Positions 24,366 through 38,590 of a stretch of 48,801 bases of DNA are shown piece after piece (positions within the stretch are counted from its first letter, which is position 1; the number at the start of each line of letters is the position of its first letter). The notes beneath the pieces are model-generated. The model searched no databases. It had not been told where the DNA came from and was given only the letters and a program-made list of their open reading frames with translations. The stretch covers positions 71,864,701 to 71,913,501 of the forward strand of contig NC_068984.1 of NCBI RefSeq assembly GCF_001194135.2, written 5' to 3'. The position numbers were made by a program, and so were the translations under genes. This DNA comes from Octopus bimaculoides (Eukaryota).

Positions 24366-26384
24366 GTAAGTTACTGTGTGAAATTTATATGGGACAAAAG
24401 CCCTTACGTTGTGTGTGTAATAAATAAAAACTCTGAAACATATTTCGTAGGAAATTATCTTGACACTGCAGTTCGGATACTTGAAAGAAGAATAAACTTA
24501 GTAAAGTAGAGGCGGGTAAATGAAATGACAGAAGAGAGTAAGCACTTCCGATACAATTTAAACAATAGGTAATCATATAAGAAATGACGGTATTACAAAA
24601 TGTAAAGGCTAAGATAGGAAAATAATTACGTTTGTGTGAAACATTGACAAAAATTTTGTCTTGTCTCTTAAATATCTGCGACTTAAATTTAATTATGTAT
24701 TTCGGTTGTCCTATACTTATTTGTAAACATTATTTATGCAAATAAAAATACAAAAGATGTATCTATATCTTTTGGCTGTAAATTCTCACACCCATAATTA
24801 CGTTTGGTAAATTCAAAAGCAATGTGAAAAGTAACAGACAGAAAATGTTTGAACATTCCAAGCTGCCAAAACAGAAAAATAGGGTGAAAAAATTACTGAA
24901 GAAGTAATTTAGAAAACAATCAATGAACCAATAAATTAAAATGATTGAATGAAGAAGAGGAAAAACATGGGCAAGTAAAGCAACAGAAAGAAATAGAGAA
25001 AGAGAGGCAGACAGACGGAAAGAAATGTAGAATTTGAGATCACAAAAATTCTGAACATAATATTAGAAATGTAGTTTGGATTCTGTAGTACTAATTATAA
25101 CATTTATAAAATCCCGAAAAATTATACCATTTAAAAAGCACGAGATTATATACAAAGCGACGCCATGTCAGTGTGAGCACACGAAATGATAAATGCTACT
25201 TTAATTCTACGTCTACGATTATGTTTATATTTTTTAAAGGAATACTGGAGCAATATCCATGACTATTTTCAGACATGTGGAGACTGGCGAGAGGAAGTTC
25301 AGGAGTTAACCCACTGGTTGTATTTGTCATTTTGCAACCAAATAAATCTATCTGGGTTAAAAAATTGGAGATATTTCAATAAGTAAACATCGACCAGATG
25401 GCAGCTGAACGAAAATGTACATCAGATTAAGACTAGCAATGAACTATCAATATTTTCAAATGTTGTTGTATGTAGTTCTGAGCAGAGGTAGTTATCGTCA
25501 TAGTGAAATGAGTTAAAATTATAATCATATGTATGAATGAGCTGGCATATCGTTGTTGTATTTCTAACTATTGTGTTGAATGAGACAATAATGAACAAAA
25601 TTGTGTGGTCAATATTTAAGACAATAAAATGATCGGCAACGAATCTTACTGAAAGTAATCAAAGACAGTAATCATATATCATATCACAGTTACATCTATC
25701 AATACCGGACAAACATAAGTGTGCGTGTGTGTGTGTGTGTGCTTACAGTTCAACAACATTACGGTGTCAGCTCATTAAATTTTAATGTGACATTTCCATC
25801 TAATATACCATGTACATTCACCGCGGCCATCATCATCATCATCATCATAAACTCCACAATGTAAAACAACGACAGCAATAATGGCAAAATTATCATCATC
25901 GTCATCATCATTTTCATAAATATTTGCCACCACCTACGACACCATATTTTAGTTACTGCAGAGCTTAAGCTATGAGGAATATGATTTTAAAGAGCCGATA
26001 ACTAAATAGTGCATCTGTATTATAATGCAATCAGAATACAACACAATACTGAAATATGTAACTCATAGAAAGGTCACAAGCAAAATACATTTACTCATTG
26101 GTTGTTTCCATTTTCGATTACTGGTAACTTAATCAAAACAATGTGAAATTTATGAAAATTCAAGACCTCTTTTCATATGATTTTAAAATTTAGCAAAGGT
26201 TACCATGGAAGTGAGACGCCAGGCGAAAACAACAAAAATAATGGTCGAATAAAGTTATTCTCCAGCAATATTATGAAAATTACACTATCCTGCTTCTTTC
26301 TGCTAAAACTCTTTCTTACCCTTTTCACATTACACATGATACCCTTCAGAATAGAAGCACACAAGATATGTTTTGTCTTTAAAT

Positions 26385-26640
26385 GATTATGAGTGCTTGC
26401 AAGTGACCTAGTTGCATTCCCCATCGCAAGATCGCGCCTTCGATTCTCCTAAGGGGCTGTGCATTGTGTTCTAGAGCAAAACAACGTCATCGAACATAGC
26501 TATGTCATCTCTTCTGCATCTGGAGTATAGCATACCAAGCGCATGTAGAGGTAACATGGAGTAGATGGAGGGAGTAAGCAGTACAACTATTTGATCACTA
26601 AGAACAAATCATCTGTGCATGTGAAGTTAGTTGAATATTT
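26385..26640 (+). mobile_element. Decayed tRNA-derived SINE-like element
   Basis: CAAGATCGCGCCTTCGATTCTCC (B-box-like), followed by TGCATTGTGTTCTAGAGCAAAACA, similar to the family C core. Confidence 0.4.
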
Positions 26641-27106
26641 GCATGCTACCCGCATATTTGTACGGCATGAAGTAGCATTTCTGAAAAAGCATTGAATGTA
26701 AGATATGATAATTTATTGGGTGTAAAATGAGAAATGAGGTGGTTTTAATATTACCAGTGTTGGGTTTTATCTTGGATTAACCGTGATCAAGAGAAATATA
26801 ATAATGTGTTACTATACGTTACGTTATAATTACTTATTGGTAGTTTCCAGAGTTCGAAANNNNNNNNNNNNNNNNNNNNNNNNNNNNNNNNNNNNNNNNN
26901 NNNNNNNNNNNNNNNNNNNNNNNNNNNNNNNNNNNNNNNNNNNNNNNNNNNNNNNNNNNNNNNNNNNNNNNNNNNNNNNNNNNNNNNNNNNNNNNNNNNN
27001 NNNNNNNNNNNNNNNNNNNNNNNNNNNNNNNNNNNNNNNNNNNNNNNNNNNNNNNNNNNNNNNNNNNNNNNNNNNNNNNNNNNNNNNNNNNNNNNNNNNN
27101 NNNNNN

Positions 27107-27188
<82 letters not shown>

Positions 27189-27240
27189 AGGGAGGGAGAA
27201 AAAGAGAGAGAGAAAGACAGAGAGAGAGAAAAGAAAGATA
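27107..27240. repeat. (AT)n followed by (AG)n
   Basis: Direct read. Confidence 0.98.
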
Positions 27241-27349
27241 ATATGTATATACGTACATATATATAAATAACAAAGAAGGGAGACAAGGCCAGGTAGATAT
27301 AAATTCAGTCTCAAAGTTGATTTTGACCAAACATAATATTACATGCAGT

Positions 27350-29000
27350 TAAAATACTTAATGTAGTAGGAGAAAATGTTATAAGGTAGAAAATGGAAAC
27401 AGATATAATGATTCTTTATTTATATATCCATATAAATAATTTTGTGACATATGTTTCTATTTTAATTAGTTAATACATACATATATTTTGGGGTTAATTA
27501 TATAAGGTCTTACTGTTATTATTGATGTTAATATTACTATTCATACTGTTGTTAATAACATCATTATGCTGAAATTCCTATATCAAGTTCGTTTGTTGTA
27601 AACGATTACTTCTGGTAAGATCTATTACCATTATAAAATTCATTGAATTTAATTGTATTATTTGCAACAATAATCTGTGTTAAATTTCTACATGTAGAAT
27701 AAAAGATTCTAATTGTTCATTTGTTAAATATACTATGATATTTATGGTTATAATCAAAATGTTTGTTAACCAAGTTATAACATTTTCTTGTTAAGTTGAA
27801 GTCAACGATATAGGTATAGCATAGGTTAAACAGTAAAATCTTATTACTATTACTTTTTAACTTATTATAATTTAATATGTTCTTTCTTATGTGTTGGTTG
27901 TTGTTAGATTAACCTTACTTATTCATATAATTTTCATGCAAGTTATTATTAGTTTGATCATATTTATTTATATTTTAGTTTTTATTGATATATCTATACT
28001 TCTTTTCTATATTAGAAAATGTTTGCCAAACCAAATTTTCTTCTTCCACCTCTTATTATTCTTATTAATATTATTTTTATAATTAATAGTTGCATACATG
28101 ACGTTGCCAACTGACTGGGTTCCAGTATTATTTACATTTGGTATATACTTAATTTTCTCTTCATATCTAGCTCTCATGAGAGCATAGGTATAATAATCAC
28201 AATTATTATGGAACATTGTCTCATTAGACAATAATCTGGATAATCTTATGGATATATTTTTTATTAAAGATTTAATATTACACCTTCGGGGATTAGAGTA
28301 ATAGCTTATGTACCTTAATTTTTCATACTGCTTATGGAAAGGAACGAAACTCCCTGTATTCAAATCTAATGTTACATACAGAAAATTAGCTACTTGAAAC
28401 TCATTTACAATACTAATGGAAAGGCCATATCTAGCGGAAATGCATGAAGATCCTTTTTATATATATTTCATTGTCTGAAGTTACAATTTCTCACAATAAA
28501 TACAGCATCATCACGATAACTACCACCTTTAATGTTAACGAATTCACGGTGCAGTTCGCTTAAAATTATATACCTACAAGATCAGTAACTTAGGTGGAAT
28601 CACTTGATCTCATAGTTATATCAAAATGGTTGCATCTATCTTTTCTAACGCAATTGCTACCCTCAAATTCAATGATAGATTTACGATCAGCTAAGATAAT
28701 ATCAATGTCTTTCCTAGAAAAATCAGAATGAAGCATACCGAAAATTAAAGCTTTATTTAAAATAGTAGGTAAATGGATGAGAAATATCTATCTATATGAA
28801 ATTGAATAAACTTTTGTTTAACTCTTTCCTCGATTACTCTAAACCAATCGATGACCATAGAAGAATCATCCCAAAGTTCCAACTTAATAGCATCCTGGAT
28901 TACTGCTATGTACTTATCCAGAAATTAATATTTTATTAACATAAAGAATGTTTAGGATTAATATGTTTCATTTTTTACATAAAATTTTCGTCATATTATG
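27350..29000 (-). mobile_element. Decayed Penelope-like element (RT core, thumb, eroded GIY-YIG)
   Basis: Frameshifted translation: LELWDDSSMVIDWFRVI...KFIQFHIDRYFSSIY...DIDIILADRKSII...FDITMRSSDST*VTDLVG...GSYRDD. ORF 28007-28363 is the thumb (YISYYSNP...IKNISIRLSRLLSNE...YALMRARYEEKIKY...KKIWF). The lower boundary is uncertain. Confidence 0.85.
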
Positions 29001-29438
29001 CTGTAACTTTAGCGGCTTGGAATAGAAAAAAAAGAGAACACCGAAATGACATTGCTATTCTATTTCGATTTTTATTCGTTCTATGAAATTAATTTTTTCT
29101 GTCCATCNNNNNNNNNNNNNNNNNNNNNNNNNNNNNNNNNNNNNNNNNNNNNNNNNNNNNNNNNNNNNNNNNNNNNNNNNNNNNNNNNNNNNNNNNNNNN
29201 NNNNNNNNNNNNNNNNNNNNNNNNNNNNNNNNNNNNNNNNNNNNNNNNNNNNNNNNNNNNNNNNNNNNNNNNNNNNNNNNNNNNNNNNNNNNNNNNNNNN
29301 NNNNNNNNNNNNNNNNNNNNNNNNNNNNNNNNNNNNNNNNNNNNNNNNNNNNNNNNNNNNNNNNNNNNNNNNNNNNNNNNNNNNNNNNNNNNNNNNNNNN
29401 NNNNNNNNNNNNNNNNNNNNNNNNNNNNNNNNNNNNNN

Positions 29439-29488
<50 letters not shown>

Positions 29489-29491
<3 letters not shown>

Positions 29492-29521
29492 TGCTAACGA
29501 TTCTGCCAGCTCGCTGTCTTA
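29489..29521 (-). mobile_element. SINE family A extreme 5' fragment beside (TA)n and a gap
   Basis: CGTGCTAACGATTCTGCCAGCTCGCTGTCTT. Confidence 0.75.
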
Positions 29522-30428
29522 ACTATAGGATTTACTATTAATACATATTAATACATATGTTAACACCTACGATTGCTGCATCTCGTAAATCAGAAGTTAC
29601 TTTCATAGGACTATTAAATGATTACTGATACAAAGTGAGCTCATCGGTTTGGTAGTTTCAGTGAATTCCAATGACTGAAAAAGGAAATAAATTTGATTGT
29701 AATATACAAGAATCTCTTGCATACTATCAGAGAATATAGTCCTACAACGTCACCTATTCCAGCGTTGGTGTAATAACGTGAAATATATTTGACCTCCCGA
29801 GCATTTCGCTTGAGTTGATGTTTCATAAATTGTAGTGTTTCCTCGCTTGTCATTTATTTTGGCGATGTTTAATGCTCTCTAAAGTGCAGAATGTGTTAAT
29901 CACGTTTAGAAAAAAAATTCCACTTTCCAAATCTAGCCTCTTAAGTATTACTTATATCCTTGGCGGAAAATAGTTCTTCTCATTTAATGTTTACAATAGA
30001 TGATTCTGAATATTCTCGCATACTTTGCTCGGTAATATTTTCTATTTGCATTCAGTTTAATTTATTAGCTTCTATCGAGAGATAACAGCTATGTTTTATG
30101 GATTTGAATGCGATTGTACCTTTCAATCTGCTAGGTAATCTACTCTTTTATCTAATATTTTGTGTGTGAACGATGCTTTCGTTTCGGAAGGCATAGTATT
30201 CTATGCATGCGTTAATTAGCTTATAACTTTAGTAATAAGATAATTAAGAGCATTTTTTATTCGCTATAACCTACTTCAAATAAATTAGTGATTAAATCGG
30301 AAACGATAAATATATTAGTTTGTCTTACATTCCTTTTTGACAGCACAATATTTTTTTCTTATTGCCAAACTCTGAATGCCCGTTTTTGTTTAGGTGTAGG
30401 ATTTTGTTGTCAAAAGTGACAACATATT

Positions 30429-30710
30429 TCATCGATGATGTGGATATGGTGGTCTTGTATCATTTTCAGTAGTTACTACTATATTATGAAAGGAGAAGCT
30501 AGGTCTTCCTACAAGGGCACAATGGGTACAGGACGTCACCAATGATTCAACAGCATGAAATATGTAAACAAGCGTGATAAATACGTAAACAACGAGTAAA
30601 GAAATGGGGAACAGGACAAGTAAAGAAAGATAGTGCTCTAAATTACGAGTAGATAGATAGCCGACAACTGATGAAGTGTCTTTCTCTTTTTCTACTTTCC
30701 TGTTCTCCAT
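30429..30710 (-). CDS. Hypothetical 93-aa ORF with one hydrophobic segment
   Basis: True ATG in an AAAGATGG context, TGACGTCA about 45 bp upstream, hydrophobic run YLSLLVLFPISLLVVYVFITLVYIFHAV. No homolog recognised. Confidence 0.2.
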   Translation of the reverse strand: MENRKVEKEKDTSSVVGYLSTRNLEHYLSLLVLFPISLLVVYVFITLVYIFHAVESLVTSCTHCALVGRPSFSFHNIVVTTENDTRPPYPHHR

Positions 30711-31589
30711 CTTTTCTCGTCGTTTACGTATTGCATATTGTTTAAACCGCTGGTGACGTCATGTACCTATATATGCATATATAGATATATATATATATAT
30801 ATATATATANNNNNNNNNNNNNNNNNNNNNNNNNNNNNNNNNNNNNNNNNNNNNNNNNNNNNNNNNNNNNNNNNNNNNNNNNNNNNNNNNNNNNNNNNNN
30901 NNNNNNNNNNNNNNNNNNNNNNNNNNNNNNNNNNNNNNNNNNNNNNNNNNNNNNNNNNNNNNNNNNNNNNNNNNNNNNNNNNNNNNNNNNNNNNNNNNNN
31001 NNNNNNNNNNNNNNNNNNNNNNNNNNNNNNNNNNNNNNNNNNNNNNNNNNNNNNNNNNNNNNNNNNNNNNNNNNNNNNNNNNNNNNNNNNNNNNNNNNNN
31101 NNNNNNNNNNNNNNNNNNNNNNNNNNNNNNNNNNNNNNNNNNNNNNNNNNNNNNNNNNNNNNNNNNNNNNNNNNNNNNNNNNNNNNNNNNNNNNNNNNNN
31201 NNNNNNNNNNNNNNNNNNNNNNNNNNNNNNNNNNNNNNNNNNNNNNNNNNNNNNNNNNNNNNNNNNNNNNNNNNNNNNNNNNNNNNNNNNNNNNNNNNNN
31301 NNNNNNNNNNNNNNNNNNNNNNNNNNNNNNNNNNNNNNNNNNNNNNNNNNNNNNNATGTAGGAAATATCTTCTTTTACATACATCAAAAATAAAATCGCA
31401 GATGACAAAATGGGAAACGAACACGTAATCCAGGGAGGAAAGTATTAATATATATATATATATATGAAATGCACATGCATACGCAGTATGGAACATTTGT
31501 TTCATCTCCAGTGTTTCTGAAAACAACAAACCTTCTGGGATGGTAAACAAATCTAACATACCGAAATTTAATAAACGGTCATCTATGTG

Positions 31590-31756
<167 letters not shown>

Positions 31757-31969
31757 TACAAAAGTGGGCGTGTATTGCCACGCAGGAATAAGATATAGGC
31801 AAATTTGTTGTTGATAATGCACCTAATTTGAAAAACGTCTAATTATTTTAAACAAATTTATTTTCATATATACCAGATTAGTTTCAACAATATTTTTTTA
31901 GTTTATTAATGGTAAAAATTTAGAATTATGAATTAGAGAAACATCTTTAAACGTTTCAATGTTGACATA

Positions 31970-33620
31970 TTTAAATTTTCATAACGGATAAATTTATAAT
32001 TATGAAAAATATGGACATTCCCTTACAGAACCAAGAATAAACAATACCCTCTCCAAGGTTGGTAACACTCATTAAAGACAGAAAAGGGGAAATTCCACTA
32101 CACCCTTCACTGCAAATCCCCCACTGAAAGATACAGAAACCTATCTCAGCCCAAGAACCCTCCACATCCCAAATGTAACCGCTTCGTAAATAACTCTTTT
32201 GGATAGAACTATAAGAGAAATAAGACCTCCTCACGTCCGAGATAATCTCACATAACGAAGACTTCGAACAGGACCAAAGAAGTGATAGGTACTTCTCCCA
32301 CTCGAGACATTTCTTCCACAATAACAACCTCGTCCAAACAGCATATAATCATTAGAACAACCGTACTCAGAGACGACCGCAACGGAGAACCAGCAATACA
32401 CCAAGGGTCGGCGGAAGGACAATCAACAGGAATACTAACTCATTATATCAAAACCCAAGAAACCATTTTTAGATAACCTGGGCCAAAACCAGGACACACG
32501 ATAGCACCAACCAAACGTGATATACTAAATGCGATAAATCTATCACATAAAACCCTTTCATACCAGCAAATCAACATTCTCGCAAAGGGATTGAAGTTCA
32601 CCCCAACACCATATAAGTCGAACCTAAATAATTTCTCCAGAAAACTTCGCATGACTGAAGAACTGCTGGATAAAGAAAATAATAATCAATCAATACTTCC
32701 CAACAAAAGGAAGAAAGCAAACTCTCGATAACTTTTGTGATTTGGTTTCCAATTATCCTTACAATTTACTCTCACCTCGAAAATTTAAAACTAATACAAT
32801 TTGGGAAGAATGGAAAATCATATATAATCTCAGTGAGGATGACAACGTAATCATAAAAGAATCCGATAAAGCGAGTGTTGTAGGCATCATGGACTCAGAA
32901 AAATACATAAACACTATCCTCATCCTCCTTCAAGACAATACCTACTACGAATAAATCAACAACTACAGTCAATCCAAGTTAATGACTAAACTTTCTACCC
33001 TTATCCACCAGTTCCAACAAGGTTTAACGGAAAAGAAAGCGATTGCTGAACTAAACTAGATTTGACTGCAAAACTAGCAACTTTTAGGGTCTTTCTAAAA
33101 TCCACAAAAGTGAATCCATGAAAAACGCCTGTAACAAACCAATTGCTGTAGCCATAACTATTCCTCACCCGAGAGATCCCAAAATGAGTCGCATTATGTT
33201 CGGTCCCTCGTATGAGACACACGGACTCAGTAAATTTATTGACGTCCTCGTTAAACCTATTCTCCAACACATACCAAGCTTTATAAGGGATGATCTGGAC
33301 TGTTTAAGCCCTAACTGAAGAAGGTGTTTCTTCCTCTTAGAGGGCTCAACATACAAATTTAAGTCAGGTCTAATTTTACCATAAATAAATCACTCCACCT
33401 GTGATTCGAAGAACGTAATCTATTTTCTCAATTATAGAGGGTGTGGTGGAGACTACACATGTCAAATTAGTGTAACCTTGAGGGACAGACTAACGGTGCA
33501 CAGGAAACAAATCCAGGACCCCGCGACTAGGAAATTTCCCGTAAGCAATATGAATGTGGGCTTTCGTGCTAAAATTATTACATGCTTTTATAGCAAGATG
33601 ATGCAGGTAGTTTATCCCAT
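31970..33620 (+). mobile_element. Penelope-like element with RT catalytic core deleted
   Basis: ILAKGLKFTPTP; VIIKESDKASVVGIMDSEKY...LQDNTYYE; RIMFGPSYETHGLSKFIDVLVKPILQHIPSFIRD; then directly the GIY-YIG region (CDSKNVIY...GCGGDYTCQ...LRDRLTVHRKQIQDP). The 5' boundary is approximate. Confidence 0.85.
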
Positions 33621-34921
33621 TCCCCTCCGACTTTTAGTTCATGCAACTGAAAAAACTGTACTATTCATGGGATGACCTTTTAAATCACAATAAAGTGAAA
33701 ACCGTTAAAGGAAACAGTAATTTTACTTAAAAGCGTTAAAAATTGTTTTAAAAATATATTACCCAACACTTTTCTCGATTTTCAATTCATGAAAATGCTT
33801 CCAACAATTTTCTCCATTTGAAATACACAATAATGGTTAGATATCAACAATTTCAAACGGAGGTGATAACTTGTAATAGTCAATCTGTATCATATTTATA
33901 ATGTGGGTGTTATCGCGTATTGTAACAAATATATCGGCAAATAACACACAAAATGCCTTCAATGAGTAGCCTGCTATATCCAAGTTTGAAATTAAATATG
34001 ACCTGTATTGATTTGTCTCAAAGTAATGAATTTGCTATCCTTAAATTTCTTCTCAAATATCTTTTAGTGAGGAGTCGAACATTAATCCAGTTTTCTTCTA
34101 TACCTTCTCTTAAGCTGCGCATACGTTGGTATGACAAATAACATTCAGGCACAGGTTAGATAACAAGTTGTTTTTTTATACATATAACTGTCCTTTTACA
34201 AAAACTGCATGTGAAATAGTAAAAGGTGTACAAACGTGGTTGTTTCATAGCTAGTGAAAATTAGTTGGACTGTAGTTGGCAGGAGAATACGCCAGTTGGC
34301 ATTAATGGTTGAAGGTGCATCCTATGTGATTCGTACTAGAAGAGAAGAGAGTAAGGAATGTGCCAGCTACATAATGAGGCAGCTGTGTTGGCTAAGAGCA
34401 AAGTGAGCCAATCGCTTCGAGAGCCATGAGTCAACAGCTCAGTTTAGTGAAAGTCACGCCGATTACGATAAGAGAGACTAAATGCCCGTCTAGAGTGTAT
34501 ACACCTTTCCAGCAGAAATGCTATGTCGCAAAGCATGCTACGAGTACAATACCATCAAAGCGCCAACTACCGACAACAGAATGAGGGCATGTACCTTTGA
34601 TCTGTTGCTTTTATCATTATTTAGTCATAACAACGGTTGCTACAATCTAATTCCTATTTTTTATATTGCTCCATTCCCTTCAGTACATCAACTATATGAA
34701 AGAAAGACTTAAATGGAAACTACATAAACATATACACAGAGACGTGCCTTTAAATTTGTATCTATTTGACGCTGTAGCTTAGTATTATGTGAGCTTCAGT
34801 GCCACGAAACTAGCTAAATATTGTATATAGATATATAGTGTTAAATGTTATTCAAGAGAACCATATTTGATTTTCCGAAATACTTTTTTTCTTATTTATA
34901 ACTTGTCGAATGACTGCACAG

Positions 34922-34965
34922 ATATTCCTTCAAAGGCGCTAGACAAAATTTCTCTTATATGGCAG
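34922..34965 (+). CDS. Candidate internal exon (44 nt, phase 1-0)
   Basis: T-rich tract then GCACAG|, CAG|GTATAT donor, open frame IPSKALDKISLIWQ. Confidence 0.25.
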
Positions 34966-37376
34966 GTATATGTCGGTTACCAATCCGTGATGAATGAGAT
35001 GCATAAGAGTAAGCTTCATCCCCGTACCTTAGGAAATTATGTTTCAGTGTAGCTAGTATTTAGGCCTGATTTTGTAAAGGTATATGCTGTTAAATGCACA
35101 AGATGTGATATTGCTGTATTCATTTATTTTGCACGAATAGATGCATGGTATTGCTTTGCATGTGTGTTTCATCTAAACTGCATATTTATAAAAATCTATT
35201 CGGGATGATTTCTTCACGTCACTCCTTTGCAGGTTGTTTTAATAATGAATAGGAAATGTTTGTTGCTGCATTTTGTAGGACTGTATTTTTTTGTTTTAAT
35301 GTTCATGTCGGTGTCTGCATATATATTTGTATTACAGTCATACTTTTCCGATTATTACATTTTCCAGTTTTAGATGATCCATACTTGTATGTGTGAGTGT
35401 GTGTGCATATGTGTGTGTGTGTATGTGTGTGCGTGTGTGTGTGTGTGTGTGTGCGTGTGTGTGTGTGATATTGTGTCTCTAGGTATATGGATAAATATAT
35501 ATACATATAAAGTTTTACATTTATACACATTTGTGTGTTTGAGAGAATATATTTTTGTGTGTGTGTGTGCATGTCTGTGTTTGTGTGCATGTCTGTGTGT
35601 GTGTGTAAATATATAATCATATTTACCACGCACATTTTGTGATCATATGATATGTAGTATTATATGGAAAATACGATGTTTCTCATGTCAAACCTGCTAA
35701 TACTTTTACCATTGCTGCGTAAGATAATGTTACCTGTAGTTACACTTTAAACACTTGTCATATTTTATTCCTATATCGAATGTATAATAATTGCTTTCAA
35801 AACATAGTCTTAGTTTATGGAAGAGCATTTTTGTTACACTCGATATAAAGCAAGGATATTTATTTTCATTTTTGCTTTGGCAATTATACATGAATTCAAG
35901 CGAATGTTGTATAAGATTTTAATAATCCATCACTATTAAGTACAATTTTTCGCTTATTTGTCAGAAGCTTATATGAATCTGCTAGCGCTAGGAAAATTAT
36001 TTTTCGTTGGTTAATGCATTGATTTATAAACAATATAATTTCAAAGTTTCTATAGGTTGCCTGCAATTTTATACCAGTAACGTTAGGATTGTTTAGTTGA
36101 ATATGCATAAGATAATTTCGAACGGGAACTAAAATTTTGTGCATCAATATATGCTGCACACTACTTCAATTACTTCTGTTTTTCAACACGAGGTGTGCTC
36201 TGTTTCAAGCTACAGTTATGGTTGTAATACGCCATTATGTATACATACGAAACAAAATTTCATTTCTGTGAGATACATGTATATGCATTGACCAATAGTT
36301 TGCCGGTAACTATATACCCTGCATTTAGACATACTAGTGATGGTAGCATTTCATTTAGAAACCAAGTATACATAATATATTGTATTCGATCGTTGTGAGA
36401 GTGTTCAATACACAATGTGCAATGATATTCTGCCACAACGTCTACTTATATTTTCCTTAAACAACTTAAGGATGCAAACATATGGAATAAATCCAATGTT
36501 TATTGAATGCATTTGTGCTATTTTATGATACAAATCAAAACGATTTTGTTAGCACTCACAAATGTAGCTTAGTATGATTTTCATGACAGAAATCAGGAAA
36601 TATGACTTATTTCACTATAATTAATTAATCCATATGTGTTGAAATAGAAATCTCCTTACCTCATATTTCTCTATAAGCTTATTTTACATTATTGATTTTG
36701 TTACTTTTGAAATATACATTAGTTCTACGAGCTTATAATATGAAACCATTTACGCAATAATACACCGGTAATGGTAGGCGTTATTTTTACGAAATTATTG
36801 ATATTGTTTGTATGTAATTCGTTAAAAATATTTTACACTCTTATATCATACATCATTTCAAGATGGAATTCTCATTTTATTTATCTTTACATTTGATAGA
36901 TTATTTTTCGTAAGCGCTCGAATATATTGACTTATTTTCTAAATATATTCCCTCGCTGTTATTCACTAACATAGAATTCATAACAAATAAACCTACTAAA
37001 ATATGTTCTTTATTGTTACATGCTTCTAATTATATACCTGCCAAGAACTACGCTAATAGGATTTGGCCTATCAATTTTACTGCAAAACGTTACGTTACTA
37101 AATAAAAATGGCTTATATGCGAATGCATTTCACTCTGCATGAAATCAAAGTCAAGCTATATAAGCATGGCACGTATGAACTCTAGTAATTTGGAAAATGT
37201 AATAATATTAAAGGTGGATTTTGAAACTTTGATATCATTCCTTGAAATCCAATAACACGTAAATATAGTACTCCATTTCTTTTTCCGCTTAACCGAAATA
37301 GAAACTGGATACAATGTTAAAATAATTTATTACGAAATACCCGAAAATTGATAATCTTATGTTCCTACTAACGCAG

Positions 37377-37432
37377 TTGATGCTATTCTTCATGATGAGG
37401 ACAATAACACGGAGGGTCTTCAGTGTCGTTAA
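37377..37432 (+). CDS. Candidate terminal coding exon
   Basis: TTATGTTCCTACTAACGCAG| acceptor; phase-1 frame DAILHDEDNNTEGLQCR* with stop at 37430-37432. Confidence 0.25.
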
Positions 37433-37542
37433 GGAGATTCCAGATATTGATATCGTTTCGTATAAAGGAATGTTTTGATAATCGTATATATATCATAACT
37501 TATCTCGGGATATGAACAGCTTCCCAACCGCATATAACTTAC

Positions 37543-37665
37543 GTGATGTAAATTATGAAGGAAACACAATTCACTGAATAGCATTAACTGAAAAGACAGG
37601 TGGATCTTTGAACTATCATTCGACTTTATAAATGAAAGGATTTTGCTGAGTTTGCTTCCTTGCAA
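37543..37665 (-). CDS. Candidate internal exon (123 nt, phase 0-0), opposite strand
   Basis: TATATTTTAG| acceptor, CAC|GTAAGT donor, open frame LQGSKLSKILSFIKSNDSSKIHLSFQLMLFSELCFLHNLHH. No partner exons confirmed. Confidence 0.3.
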
Positions 37666-37836
37666 CTAAAATATAATTTAGCTTCGGACAATTGTTAAAT
37701 TGAAGCCAGAACATGGTGTTTATGGTCGTCCTTTATTTGTTACCAACATTCTCCAAGCCATTAAAACTACAATGAGAGTAACAGTAACGTGTACGATCTA
37801 GGTATACATACACATTTACCCACATGCATATATATT

Positions 37837-37890
<54 letters not shown>

Positions 37891-38442
37891 AATGTGTATT
37901 TGCTATACACATATATGAGTGTGTGTGTGTGCCTCTCTATCTTTCTTTCTTTCTTTCTTTCTCCTTCTATCTCTCTATCTCTCTGTATATATATATATAG
38001 TCACAGCAACGATATTAAAATCTCTAATAGGGATGTTTTATCAGAGATATACTGGTTTCACATATTATATATTGAAAAGAAGAATATATTATATAAAATC
38101 TCGTAAAATATCAAACATTATAATCCAGTTAGAAAACAGATCTAATGGATACGAATTAATTTATTAATTAATTAACACACACTCACGCACACATATATTT
38201 TAATATATGTATATATATTAAAATATATATATTCTGTGTATTCCACACGTATCTTAATGTACTCCTTGTATTGTCGTTTGTACATCCTGATGGTTTTGCA
38301 TATAAAGTATTTAAAATGCAAAATTATAAATTTATATGTTTTGTAATTTTAATTTTGTATGTGAAATTAAACAATTTTAGGTGAATATGTGAACTAATTA
38401 ATAAATTAATTTTCATCCATTAAAGCTCCGTTTTCTAACTCA

Positions 38443-38447
38443 ATAAC

Positions 38448-38485
<38 letters not shown>

Positions 38486-38490
38486 TAATG

Positions 38491-38554
<64 letters not shown>

Positions 38555-38590
38555 TAATAATATGTGTGTGTGTATGTGTGTGTGTGTGTG
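38443..38590. repeat. (AAT)n followed by (TG)n
   Basis: Direct read. Confidence 0.98.

Noticed and set aside
28007-28363. 118-aa ORF considered as a host exon or viral gene
   Set aside because: It is the thumb region of the Penelope RT whose YRDD core lies immediately upstream on the minus strand.
30661-30700. CTGATGA as a hammerhead core
   Set aside because: No downstream GAAA or pairing stems.
37374-37592. 15-bp inverted repeat CAGTTGATGCTATTC / GAATAGCATTAACTG about 190 bp apart
   Set aside because: Short, with no TSD or other element features; plausible by chance.
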